Positions 10,026-19,173 of a stretch of DNA of 64,000 nt are shown piece by piece. Positions within the stretch are counted from its first letter, which is position 1. Each line of letters begins with the position of its first letter. A program made the position numbers and the translations under genes. Source of the stretch: Bacteroidia bacterium (lineage in GTDB: Bacteria; Bacteroidota; Bacteroidia; M30B66); the NCBI GenBank assembly GCA_046302715.1, contig JBKCHQ010000106.1, forward strand, positions 2,091 to 66,090, written 5' to 3'. A model generated the notes under the pieces. It ran no database searches. It was given only the letters and a program-made list of their open reading frames with translations, and was not told where the DNA came from.

Positions 10026-10730
10026 TTGAAGTACATGAGTGGTTTCGTAAGTTTTGACTTATTTCGTTTTGTGAAACTTTCGCCCTCTGGTATTCAGCGT
10101 AAATTAGCCTTGGGCTTGCCCGGTCCATCGGCTCAATGGTTAATGGCGCCTGCAAATCGGCCACAACAGACTGCCGAGCAGGAATGGTACACCCGTTCAG
10201 CCGTTTTGATTCTTATATTGTTTGGCGGTAATGAGCCTGAAATAGTGTTTATACGTAGGGCCAGTTATAATGGAGTGCACAGCGGGCAAATCGGTTTTCC
10301 TGGGGGTAAATTTGAGCCCGACGAGCACAGTGCAGCAGAGGTTGCGCTGCGAGAGGCCAATGAAGAAATCGGAATAAATAGGAGTGACGTAGAGATTTTA
10401 GGCGCGTTGAGCCCTTTGCATATTCCGGTAAGCAAGATGCGGGTCGAACCTATTTTAGCAGTTTCAGAAATGATGCCGCAATTCGTACGCAATGAGCGGG
10501 AAGTAGAGGAAATATTGGTAAAACCGCTTGACTTTTTTCTACAAATCGATAATATTGTAGCGTATGAATTGAAGCAATTTATTGGAGAAATAAGAAAAGT
10601 GCCCGCATTTAATACGAAGCCGGTACCAATTTGGGGAGCGACAGCCATGATAATGTCAGAGTTGCTAACCCTGGTTTATGATGCACATTGGTTACATGTG
10701 GCGCAGCGCAATTTTTATAAGAATCAGTAA
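10026..10730 (+). CDS. NUDIX hydrolase, CoA pyrophosphatase type
   Basis: Nudix box GQIGFPGGKFEPDEHSAAEVALREANEEIGI. The upstream LILILF segment is typical of the NudL family. Confidence 0.7.
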   Translation: MKYMSGFVSFDLFRFVKLSPSGIQRKLALGLPGPSAQWLMAPANRPQQTAEQEWYTRSAVLILILFGGNEPEIVFIRRASYNGVHSGQIGFPGGKFEPDEHSAAEVALREANEEIGINRSDVEILGALSPLHIPVSKMRVEPILAVSEMMPQFVRNEREVEEILVKPLDFFLQIDNIVAYELKQFIGEIRKVPAFNTKPVPIWGATAMIMSELLTLVYDAHWLHVAQRNFYKNQ

Positions 10731-10886
10731 GAATACTCCACCGCCAAGAATAAGTGCAATAAGTCCTGAATTTTGATACTGACTCCGGTGAATACCCTTA
10801 TCTTTTTTGAATGACCAGATTAAAATTCCGATAAATGCAACAGCAAAAAGAAGAGCAAATACCCAATGTCCCGGCCCGATGTTCAT
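10692..10886 (-). CDS. possible small two-helix membrane protein
   Basis: 64-aa ORF with two hydrophobic helices separated by a basic loop, sitting 20 nt downstream of the T9SS cargo gene on the same strand. Confidence 0.3.
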   Translation of the reverse strand: MNIGPGHWVFALLFAVAFIGILIWSFKKDKGIHRSQYQNSGLIALILGGGVFLLILIKIALRHM

Positions 10887-10906
10887 TCACTAATTTTAGG
10901 TCGAAA

Positions 10907-11626
10907 TTAGTGCTTTATCGTAATTTTTCCAGTACGAAGAGCTTTGGAGCCTTGCTGCAATCTATATATGTATACCCCTGATGGTAGGTTAACCAACGAT
11001 ATTTGGTGATTCGTGTTTTGTGCAATGAGTGTTTCGCTCAAAACCTTAGTGCCCAACATATTAAATATTTCTAGCTCAGTATTTTTCTTTAATCCATTGC
11101 ACGTTATGTTTAAGATATCGCTCACTGGGTTGGGATAGGTTTTTACCGACCATTCGGTAGCTTTGACATTTGGGGAACTTAATGGAGCAATATCGAATTT
11201 TACTACCAAGACAGAAGAATCAGCTTCGTTTTGTGCATTATAGAAAGTGTAATGGATTTCTGCAGTGCCGGCCATTGAATCGGGACGCAAATGAACAGAA
11301 AATACGTTGGTGGTATTTCCGCCCTCAATATCAAGTGGAGTAGGGGATTGACTAACACTGGGAAGATAGCAGGCAGTCCAGCAAAAAAAGTTTGTTGATC
11401 CTTGGATGTTCTGAACAATACGCCTCCTTACATGGAACGAACCATATTCGTTAGATGAATTAGTAACAGGAATTTGACGTTCAATTTCGTACTCCTCGGC
11501 TCCAGCAGTGATCACAACCGGACTGCTAGCTCCAAAGGTAATGGATTGCGAATTAATTGATTTTGAAAACGATACCAGAACTAATGTTAAACTTAAACAA
11601 ATTGCTGCAAGTCTTGAAGTGCCCAT
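10907..11626 (-). CDS. small secreted protein with T9SS C-terminal sorting domain
   Basis: N-terminal signal peptide. The C-terminal ~80 aa (YPNPVSDILNITCNG...LPSGVYIYRLQ...KITIKH) is a typical Por-secretion sorting domain. Confidence 0.6.
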   Translation of the reverse strand: MGTSRLAAICLSLTLVLVSFSKSINSQSITFGASSPVVITAGAEEYEIERQIPVTNSSNEYGSFHVRRRIVQNIQGSTNFFCWTACYLPSVSQSPTPLDIEGGNTTNVFSVHLRPDSMAGTAEIHYTFYNAQNEADSSVLVVKFDIAPLSSPNVKATEWSVKTYPNPVSDILNITCNGLKKNTELEIFNMLGTKVLSETLIAQNTNHQISLVNLPSGVYIYRLQQGSKALRTGKITIKH

Positions 11627-11778
11627 AATTCTTGATTTATTTTAATTTCAAATTTACGGCTTTTACCCAAGCCTGCATCACTGATCAATAATTTTTGCCT
11701 TTTTTTTTATGGAGCAGGTTGTTTTATTAAGAAATTCTTAATTTTGAAAATTCTCAACAAGTCAAATTCAACAATCAC

Positions 11779-13251
11779 ATGAAAAAATTTTTACAAAATG
11801 TAAGTCTTGCAATGGGCTTATTAGTAGCAGGGAGTGCAAATGCGCAGTTGGCTAACGGAGCGTTGATGCCTGCGGGATTGGTATTAACCGACATTAACGG
11901 AAATACACATGATTTAGATGCCTTGCTTAGCCAAGGTAAAGCATTGTTTATTGATGTGTCTGCAACATGGTGTGGGCCATGCTGGGGCTTCCACCAAACA
12001 GGAATTTTAGAGGAGCTTTATGCTACTTATGGTCCCGAAGGAACCGATGAGGTTCGTGTATTCTTTATCGAGGGTGATGGTCAAACAACAATTGATCAAC
12101 TTAACGGAATTGGGTCGGGAACACAAGGAAATTGGGTGGCTGGTACACCATATCCTATTGTAGATGATGCAGCAGCTGGCGACGCGTTAAGCGTTGGATT
12201 TTTCCCAACATTATACATGATCTGTCCAAGCCGCCGTGTATGGCACATTTCACCATCGGAAGTTTTGGCATATTGGCCTTCTTCTTTGCACATTGCCAAT
12301 GCACGTGCTTGTAATAACCCTATTGATGCGGTTATGAATGGTTATACCGGCGAAACTTCAACATGTGGTTCACTTTCTCCCTTGAAAGTGCAAATTCAAA
12401 ATAAAGGTGTAGAAGCATTAACCAGCGCAACTATTACTGCTTCTTTAGGAGGTACACAAGTGGCCACTACAAATTGGACTGGTACACTGCAGCAATTCCA
12501 GGCTACCGAAGTATCATTTGGTTCTGCTGATATTACTTCATCTTCTGATCTAGTATTTACGGTTACTCCTACGGGAACGGATGTTGCTCCAAACGACAAT
12601 ACGTTTACTCAAGCAATTGATATGGCCCCTACCATCTCAACGACAGATGTAATCGTTAAAATCACTACTGATCGTTACGGTTCTGAAACTACTTGGAGAA
12701 TTCGTCGTCCAAATAATTCTATTCTTGCATCAGGCGGACCTTACGATGACATGGCTGCAAACGGAGTTACTGTTCAACCAGAAGAAACAGTAACATTGCC
12801 TGCTAACGGATGTTATAAATTCGAAATTTTAGATTCGTATAGTGATGGTATTTGCTGCGCTTACGGCGAAGGGTCATACGAAGTAACCGATGCCAATGGA
12901 GTTTCTCTTGTTAGTGGTGGAGAGTTCGGTGCGACTGAAAAAAGAGCACTAATCGGTGAAGGCGCTTCTTCAATCGATGACAACCAATCTGTAGTTTCTG
13001 ATTTTACTGTGTATCCTAACCCATCAAATGGTTTAGTGAATATTTCGATGAACTTAACTTCAAATGACGATGTTACTTTGAAAGTTTACAATTCTATCGG
13101 AGCGTTGGTTCATGAAAACGATTTGGGTCGTTTAACGGTTGGTTCTTATTTCTACCCACTTAATTTATCAGGCTATGCAGCTGGAATGTACCGTGTTGTT
13201 GCGGTTTCATCAAAAGGTGTTAGCGTAAATTCAGTACAAATAAGCCGTTAA
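11779..13251 (+). CDS. T9SS-sorted protein with N-terminal thioredoxin-like domain (WCGPC active site)
   Basis: Signal peptide, then the thioredoxin-fold motif FIDVSATWCGPCWGFHQ. The C-terminus (VYPNPSNGLVNISMNL...GMYRVVAVSSKG) is a T9SS sorting domain. Confidence 0.7.
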   Translation: MKKFLQNVSLAMGLLVAGSANAQLANGALMPAGLVLTDINGNTHDLDALLSQGKALFIDVSATWCGPCWGFHQTGILEELYATYGPEGTDEVRVFFIEGDGQTTIDQLNGIGSGTQGNWVAGTPYPIVDDAAAGDALSVGFFPTLYMICPSRRVWHISPSEVLAYWPSSLHIANARACNNPIDAVMNGYTGETSTCGSLSPLKVQIQNKGVEALTSATITASLGGTQVATTNWTGTLQQFQATEVSFGSADITSSSDLVFTVTPTGTDVAPNDNTFTQAIDMAPTISTTDVIVKITTDRYGSETTWRIRRPNNSILASGGPYDDMAANGVTVQPEETVTLPANGCYKFEILDSYSDGICCAYGEGSYEVTDANGVSLVSGGEFGATEKRALIGEGASSIDDNQSVVSDFTVYPNPSNGLVNISMNLTSNDDVTLKVYNSIGALVHENDLGRLTVGSYFYPLNLSGYAAGMYRVVAVSSKGVSVNSVQISR

Positions 13252-13278
13252 TTTTAACGGAATAAAATTTGATAAGCA

Positions 13279-13319
13279 CCGGGAAATACATGGTTATTTC
13301 CCGGTTTTTTATTTTTTTT
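13279..13319 (+). terminator. rho-independent terminator after the thioredoxin-like T9SS cargo gene
   Basis: Perfect hairpin CCGGGAAATA-CATGGT-TATTTCCCGG followed by TTTTTTATTTTTTTT. Confidence 0.65.
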
Positions 13320-13324
13320 GAATT

Positions 13325-13840
13325 ATGAAAAAATTCGTTCTATTTCTTTTTTTGGCGCCTTCCTTAGTTTTTGCTCAGTCCTCTGAAAATGCAAGGGCTT
13401 TTCCTGAAGTATCGATTAAGACGCTTGATGGTAAATCAATTTCAACCAAAGATTTTGATAACGGGGGAAAACCAATTGTGGTATCATTTTGGGCCACCTG
13501 GTGTAAACCTTGCGTGAATGAATTAACCAATATAGCCGAGTTATATGAGCAGTGGCAGAAACAAACCGGTGTGAAAGTAATTGCCATTTCCATCGATGAT
13601 GCACGCAATACTGCTAAAGTTGCTCCTTTCGTAAACGGCAAAGGTTGGGATTATGAGGTTTACACCGATCCCAATTCGGATTTGAAGCGCGCATTAAACA
13701 TCAATCTTGTGCCTCATACATTTTTGCTCGATGGTCAAAAAAACATAGTTTGGCAGCACAATAGCTACACCGAAGGCGATGAAATTAAGCTTTTTGAACT
13801 TGTAAAAAAAGTGGCAGAAGGAAAACCAATTGCTGAATGA
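13325..13840 (+). CDS. TlpA/ResA-like periplasmic thiol:disulfide oxidoreductase
   Basis: Signal peptide plus the redoxin motif SFWATWCKPC. 171 aa. Confidence 0.8.
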   Translation: MKKFVLFLFLAPSLVFAQSSENARAFPEVSIKTLDGKSISTKDFDNGGKPIVVSFWATWCKPCVNELTNIAELYEQWQKQTGVKVIAISIDDARNTAKVAPFVNGKGWDYEVYTDPNSDLKRALNINLVPHTFLLDGQKNIVWQHNSYTEGDEIKLFELVKKVAEGKPIAE

Positions 13841-15495
13841 TTTTTAAGAAATATTTATGGAGTCGGTATCTGATAGTATCGGCTATTCTTCTTATTGACC
13901 ATCAATTAATTGCTCAAAATCCCACTCCCGCCGCCGATTGGGGCGAGCTGCATGGTAATTTTCAGCTTGATGCGCAATACTACAATCAAGATTCACTTAT
14001 CGGAGCTCCAGTTGTTCCTGAAAAAATCCTTTCCAATGGTTTTATGAACCTTTGGTATACACGGGGTAAATTTTCGGCGGGCCTTCGATACGAACATTAT
14101 TTAAATGTAATGCAAGGCTTTGACCCCCGTTACAAAGGTTCGGGTGTGCCATTTCGTTTTGCAAGCTATACCAATGATGAACTCGAGGCTACTGTGGGTA
14201 ATTTTTATGAGCAGTTTGGTAGTGGGCTCATCTTGCGCGCTTACGAAGAACGTGGACTTGGTTTCGATAATGCACTCGAAGGGGCTAAAGTAAAATACCA
14301 GCCCATCAAAGGTCTTATTGTAAAAGGGGTAATTGCCCGACAAAGAGCCTTTTTCTCCTTGAGTCCGGGTATTTTAAGAGGTGGCGATATAGAGTTTAAC
14401 CTTAACGAAAGTTTGCCGGTAGAAAAGCAGCTGACTACAAATATTATTATAGGGGGCTCGGCTCTTAGCCGCTATCAAGACGATCAGGATCCAATTTACA
14501 TTTTGCCTGAAAATGTGGCGGCCTTTGCAGGTCGTTTTAATGTTAATAGAGGTAAGTTAAATCTTTTTGCAGAATACGGATATAAAATAAATGATCCTTC
14601 AGCGAGTAATAATAGAATTTATAGACCGGGTCAGGCATTAATGGTTACTGCCTCATACTCCACTAAGGGTTTGGGCATTATCGCAACAGCAAAACGACTG
14701 GATAATTTTGATTTTCGATCCGATCGTGCCGCAAGCGGAATCGGATATAACATCAATTTTTTGCCGGCTACAACCCGCCAACACACCTACAATTTACCGG
14801 CAACTATTTATCCTTACGCTACGCAGCCAAACGGTGAAATGGGCTACCAGGTGGAAGTAGCTTGGCGCATTAAAAAAGGAACTTTCTGGGGCGGAAAATA
14901 CGGCACCGAAATAACCCTCAACGCTTCGGGTACCAATGGTTTAGATAAAACACCGGCGAGCAATGATACCTTAGGCTATGAATCGGGATTTTTTAAAATT
15001 GGCAAAGAAGTTTTTTTTAGAGACTACCACCTAGAAATTCATAAGAAAATCAATAAAACTTGGAAAGCTAATTTAATGCTGCTTTACTGGGTTTACAATA
15101 AAGATGTGGTGCAAGGCTTAACCGGTTTTGGTACCATTTACGCACCCATGGGTGTATTTGATTTAACCTGTCGCATCAATGATAAGCATACGGTACGCAT
15201 GGAGGCTCAGGCGCTATTTACAGAACAGGATGCCGGTTCTTGGGCTATGGGCCTATTGGAATACACATACTCGCCCAATTGGTTTGTTGCGGTGGTGGAT
15301 CAATACAATTTCGGTAATCCGGATGAAAGGTTGCAAATTCATTACCTCACCGGTAATGTTGGATTTATGAAAAAAGGAAACCGTATAATGTTGGGCTATG
15401 GTCGTCAAAGGGCCGGTATTTTTTGCGTTGGAGGCGTTTGCAGAAATGTTCCAGCTTCAAATGGACTCACGCTTTCAATTTTAAGCAGCTTTTAG
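13837..15495 (+). CDS. putative outer-membrane beta-barrel protein (porin-like)
   Basis: Start overlaps the tlpA-like stop (ATGA). N-terminal signal sequence, alternating beta-strand-like pattern and a C-terminal ...LSILSSF ending in Phe. Confidence 0.5.
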   Translation: MIFKKYLWSRYLIVSAILLIDHQLIAQNPTPAADWGELHGNFQLDAQYYNQDSLIGAPVVPEKILSNGFMNLWYTRGKFSAGLRYEHYLNVMQGFDPRYKGSGVPFRFASYTNDELEATVGNFYEQFGSGLILRAYEERGLGFDNALEGAKVKYQPIKGLIVKGVIARQRAFFSLSPGILRGGDIEFNLNESLPVEKQLTTNIIIGGSALSRYQDDQDPIYILPENVAAFAGRFNVNRGKLNLFAEYGYKINDPSASNNRIYRPGQALMVTASYSTKGLGIIATAKRLDNFDFRSDRAASGIGYNINFLPATTRQHTYNLPATIYPYATQPNGEMGYQVEVAWRIKKGTFWGGKYGTEITLNASGTNGLDKTPASNDTLGYESGFFKIGKEVFFRDYHLEIHKKINKTWKANLMLLYWVYNKDVVQGLTGFGTIYAPMGVFDLTCRINDKHTVRMEAQALFTEQDAGSWAMGLLEYTYSPNWFVAVVDQYNFGNPDERLQIHYLTGNVGFMKKGNRIMLGYGRQRAGIFCVGGVCRNVPASNGLTLSILSSF

Positions 15496-15522
15496 TATTT
15501 TTAAAGTGAAATTTGAAAGGGT

Positions 15523-16371
15523 ATGAAAGGTCGAATTATTCTTGTGTTGATTGCTTTAAGCTATCTAACAATTTCTTGCGATAAAATTGAAGGTCCGTAT
15601 TCTGAAAATGCCGGAAACGGTAATCCTGATACATCTTCGGGATATTTTAGAAAGATTTTGGTGGAGGATTTTACAGGTCACACTTGCGGCAATTGTCCAC
15701 GTGCTGCCGAAACACTTAAGCAGCTTCACGATTTATACGGTGAAAAGGTGGTGTCATTTGCGGTTCACGTAGGTTTTTTCGCCGAGCCCCAACCTTCAGG
15801 CTACTACACCGCCGATTATCGAACCTTGGTAGGAAATGAAATTGACCAATATTTTGGAAATTCAACAGCAGGCCTTCCCAATGGTCTGGTTAATCGTATT
15901 TCATTTGAATCGAATCCTATAGTGCAACATACCGATTGGGCCTCAAAAGTGTCGGGCATGGTTTCAACAGCAGCGGATGCCTGGATTGAATTAACTCCCG
16001 AGTTTAATGCTATAACACGAGAACTTACGGCGTCATCAACCACACGAATTTTAAATGAATTATCAGACTCGCTTCACATTACCTATTATCTAACAGAGGA
16101 CAGTATTTTAAGTGCACAAAAAGATTATTCTCTTTCACCAAGTACCATTCAGAATTACTATCACCGCCACGTGTTACGCGGGAGTATGAACGGGACCTGG
16201 GGTACGGCTTTAAGTGTAGGACAGCAATTTTCCGCAGGTCAACAGATTGCTCATTCGGCAAGCTACACATTGCCCCCAAGTTGGAATGCACAAAAAGTGC
16301 ATGTTGTTGCTGTTTTATCTAAAGCTGGCACCAAAGAGGTAATTCAGGCTGAAGAAGCGCACATTGAATAG
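15523..16371 (+). CDS. lipoprotein with thioredoxin-like CxxC motif
   Basis: Lipobox LTISC, followed by ILVEDFTGHTCGNCPRA, which resembles a thioredoxin-fold active site. Confidence 0.5.
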   Translation: MKGRIILVLIALSYLTISCDKIEGPYSENAGNGNPDTSSGYFRKILVEDFTGHTCGNCPRAAETLKQLHDLYGEKVVSFAVHVGFFAEPQPSGYYTADYRTLVGNEIDQYFGNSTAGLPNGLVNRISFESNPIVQHTDWASKVSGMVSTAADAWIELTPEFNAITRELTASSTTRILNELSDSLHITYYLTEDSILSAQKDYSLSPSTIQNYYHRHVLRGSMNGTWGTALSVGQQFSAGQQIAHSASYTLPPSWNAQKVHVVAVLSKAGTKEVIQAEEAHIE

Positions 16372-16374
16372 AGA

Positions 16375-16986
16375 ATGAGGCATTTTGTTTTATTCTTCCT
16401 GTTTGCCTGCATTATTCAAGGGGCATTTAGTCAAAAGTTTAATTCGGGTCTGCAGCTGGGATTAAATACTAGTCAGATAACCGGCGATAATCTAGCGGGT
16501 TACAATAAGGCTGGAATAACCGCAGGCATTTGGGTGAATCGCAATATTTCCGAACGATTATCAATATGGATGGAACTATCCTATTTGCCAAAAGGAAGTA
16601 AAAAACTAAACAGCCCATCTGATTCGATTCCTGATTATTACCGTCTGCATATCAATTATATAGAGGTGCCAATAAGTATTACTTATCGTTTACATCCCAA
16701 ACTGAGTTTCGAAACGGGAATTTCATGTGGAGCATACATAAGCCATACCGAGGAAGACGTAAATGGTGATTTAACCGGAATATACGGCCCAAGTGAACAA
16801 TTTAAGTCCACCGACATTTCATTTAATGCAGGCTTAAACTGGCACTTTAATTCAAAATGGATGTTTAATGTTCGTAATGCAAATAGCATTTTTCCGGTTC
16901 GTAATCACAATCAGCAAACCTATTTTAGGCTGAATCGGGGGCAGTACACCTCCTGCATAATGGGACGCATTTTATACCAGTTTTAG
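16375..16986 (+). CDS. small outer-membrane beta-barrel protein (porin family)
   Basis: Signal peptide, 203 aa, and a C-terminal aromatic residue (..ILYQF). Starts 4 nt after the preceding gene. Confidence 0.5.
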   Translation: MRHFVLFFLFACIIQGAFSQKFNSGLQLGLNTSQITGDNLAGYNKAGITAGIWVNRNISERLSIWMELSYLPKGSKKLNSPSDSIPDYYRLHINYIEVPISITYRLHPKLSFETGISCGAYISHTEEDVNGDLTGIYGPSEQFKSTDISFNAGLNWHFNSKWMFNVRNANSIFPVRNHNQQTYFRLNRGQYTSCIMGRILYQF

Positions 16987-16987
16987 C

Positions 16988-17554
16988 ATGGGAAGAAAAA
17001 TAGTAGTGGCGGTTTCGGGGGCTTCAGGTTCTATTTATGCCGATTTACTTTTACGGCGTTTAGCAAGTATCGATAATCAATTCGAAAAACTGGATATGGT
17101 TTTTTCAAAGAGTGCTTTTGATGTTTGGAAACACGAATTGGGGAAGGATAGTTACAATGAACATTCCTATAAAATATGGGAGAATGATAATTTTTTTGCA
17201 CCCTTTGCCTCTGGTTCAGCGGGGTACGACACCCTAATAATTTGCCCCTGCTCGATGGGTATGCTTGGGCGAATTGCATCGGGTATATCAGACGATTTGA
17301 TTACCCGTTCGGCTGATGTTATGCTAAAAGAACGCCGCAAACTCATACTTTGCCTGCGTGAAACCCCATATAATTTAGTCCAAATCCGTAATATGGAAAC
17401 CTTAACTCTTGCAGGTGGGATTATTTGCCCTGCAACGCCCTCATTTTATTCGCAACCCAGAAGTATTGAGGAGGTAGCGTTAACAGTTGTAGATCGTTTA
17501 ATTGATTTGGCAGGATTTAAAATATCCAGTAGCAGGTGGCAAAGTAGCGACTAG
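16988..17554 (+). CDS. ubiX: flavin prenyltransferase UbiX
   Basis: The N-terminus KIVVAVSGASGSIYADLLLRRL and the 188-aa length match UbiX/Pad1 flavoproteins. Confidence 0.8.
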   Translation: MGRKIVVAVSGASGSIYADLLLRRLASIDNQFEKLDMVFSKSAFDVWKHELGKDSYNEHSYKIWENDNFFAPFASGSAGYDTLIICPCSMGMLGRIASGISDDLITRSADVMLKERRKLILCLRETPYNLVQIRNMETLTLAGGIICPATPSFYSQPRSIEEVALTVVDRLIDLAGFKISSSRWQSSD

Positions 17555-17693
17555 GGAATTTTAATTCACGCTACTTTATTTTAAAATCTGCGAACTTCAC
17601 ACTGAAACTATTTGACTTATACGTTACAGAGTTGTTCCATTTAAATTGAATATATTGATATTCGCCTGCTTTTATTAGTTTTGTTTAAATTCG

Positions 17694-18425
17694 GTGAGGA
17701 TGTCATCTACAGAAAAGCTATCCATAGTAATACCCGCTTACAACGAAGGCAGAACCATACATTTTATTTTGGATAAAATAAAGGCTGTCGATTTAGTTGG
17801 CAAGATTCAAAAAGAGGTAATTATCGTAAACGATTGTTCGAAAGACAATACGGAAGAAGCGATTCACACCTATATCCAAAACAATCCTGATTTACCCATT
17901 GCATATTTCAAACATGAGTTTAATAAGGGCAAAGGAGCAGCTCTTCATACGGGGATTTCGAAGGCTACCGGTAATTACGTTATCATTCAAGATGCTGATC
18001 TAGAATACGATCCACAGGAATACAATATTCTTTTAAAACCAATCCTGAATGGCTTTGCCGATGTTGTTTATGGTAGTCGCTTTATCGGAGGAAAGCCACA
18101 TCGTATTTTATTTTTCTGGCATACGATAGGCAATCGTTTTCTTACATTTTTATCGAATATGTTCACCAACAAGAACATTACCGACATGGAAACGTGTTAT
18201 AAATTGTTCAGAAGAGAGATTATTCAATCGTTAAAACTGGTTGAAAAACGATTTGGTTTTGAACCGGAGGTTACCGCAAAGATTAGCAGAATTGAGGGCA
18301 TTCGCATCTACGAAGTAGGTATTTCGTATTACGGAAGAACGTACGAGGAAGGTAAAAAAATTGGTTGGAGAGATGGATTCAGAGCTATTTATTGCATCTT
18401 GAAATATGGATTATTCAGGTACTAA
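17694..18425 (+). CDS. GT2 polyprenyl-phosphate glycosyltransferase (DPM-synthase / ArnC-like)
   Basis: [10 protein letters not shown], a DAD motif (QDADLEYDP) and a C-terminal amphipathic tail, as in dolichol-phosphate-mannose-synthase-like enzymes. Confidence 0.8.
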   Translation: MRMSSTEKLSIVIPAYNEGRTIHFILDKIKAVDLVGKIQKEVIIVNDCSKDNTEEAIHTYIQNNPDLPIAYFKHEFNKGKGAALHTGISKATGNYVIIQDADLEYDPQEYNILLKPILNGFADVVYGSRFIGGKPHRILFFWHTIGNRFLTFLSNMFTNKNITDMETCYKLFRREIIQSLKLVEKRFGFEPEVTAKISRIEGIRIYEVGISYYGRTYEEGKKIGWRDGFRAIYCILKYGLFRY

Positions 18426-18427
18426 GT

Positions 18428-19162
18428 ATGCAATTTGAATACAAGGAAATAGACGAAGAAGGATTAGAAACCTTAAATGCCATCGAAAAGGCAAATAAGT
18501 TTAATCGTTGGATGTATTCTGCTATTCGCCCTTCTTGCAAAGGGAAAATATTAGAAGTTGGTAGTGGAATCGGTAACATCTCGCACTTTTTTTTTGAGGA
18601 AAAGGAAGATATTATTCTAAGCGATATTCGTCAAAACTATTGCGAAAAGCTGCGAAATAAATTTCCCCAAGCCAAGGTGCTCAATTTTGATTTGGTGTCA
18701 CCTGACTTTGATACTGAAATGAAGGAGTACTTCGGTTATTTTGATTCAATATTTGCCTTAAATGTATTAGAGCACATAGAAAACGATCGGCTTGCATTAA
18801 GCAATGCAAAAAAGCTATTGAAGGAAGGAGGTACGCTTATTATTCTCGTTCCCGCGTATCAAAAGCTCTACAATAGATTCGATAAGGAACTTATGCATTT
18901 TAGGCGCTATACTGCATCATCGCTTTGTAGTGTTTTTAGAAAGGCCGGTTTTTCTATCTCGGATAATAAGTACTTTAATTTGATTGGTATAGCTGGTTGG
19001 CTATTTTCTGGGGCTATCCAGAAAAATAAAACTATACCGGCTGAGCAAATGCGCATTTATAATGCTTGCGTACCTATGTTTAAGATATTCGATAATTTGG
19101 TACTGCATAAAATTGGCTTATCCGTAATTGTTGTTGGTACTAATACTGCAACAAAAACATAG
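18428..19162 (+). CDS. class I SAM-dependent methyltransferase
   Basis: SAM-binding motif ILEVGSGIGN. Start placed at the ATG that follows the GT2 stop; the ORF-track start at 18365 lies inside the GT2 gene. Confidence 0.65.
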   Translation: MQFEYKEIDEEGLETLNAIEKANKFNRWMYSAIRPSCKGKILEVGSGIGNISHFFFEEKEDIILSDIRQNYCEKLRNKFPQAKVLNFDLVSPDFDTEMKEYFGYFDSIFALNVLEHIENDRLALSNAKKLLKEGGTLIILVPAYQKLYNRFDKELMHFRRYTASSLCSVFRKAGFSISDNKYFNLIGIAGWLFSGAIQKNKTIPAEQMRIYNACVPMFKIFDNLVLHKIGLSVIVVGTNTATKT

Positions 19163-19173
19163 TTGCTTTTAAA

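Noticed and set aside
18365-18427. Methyltransferase start at 18365 overlapping the GT2 gene by 61 nt
   Set aside because: An in-frame ATG immediately after the GT2 stop (18428) gives a protein beginning just before the SAM-binding region. The long overlap is unnecessary.
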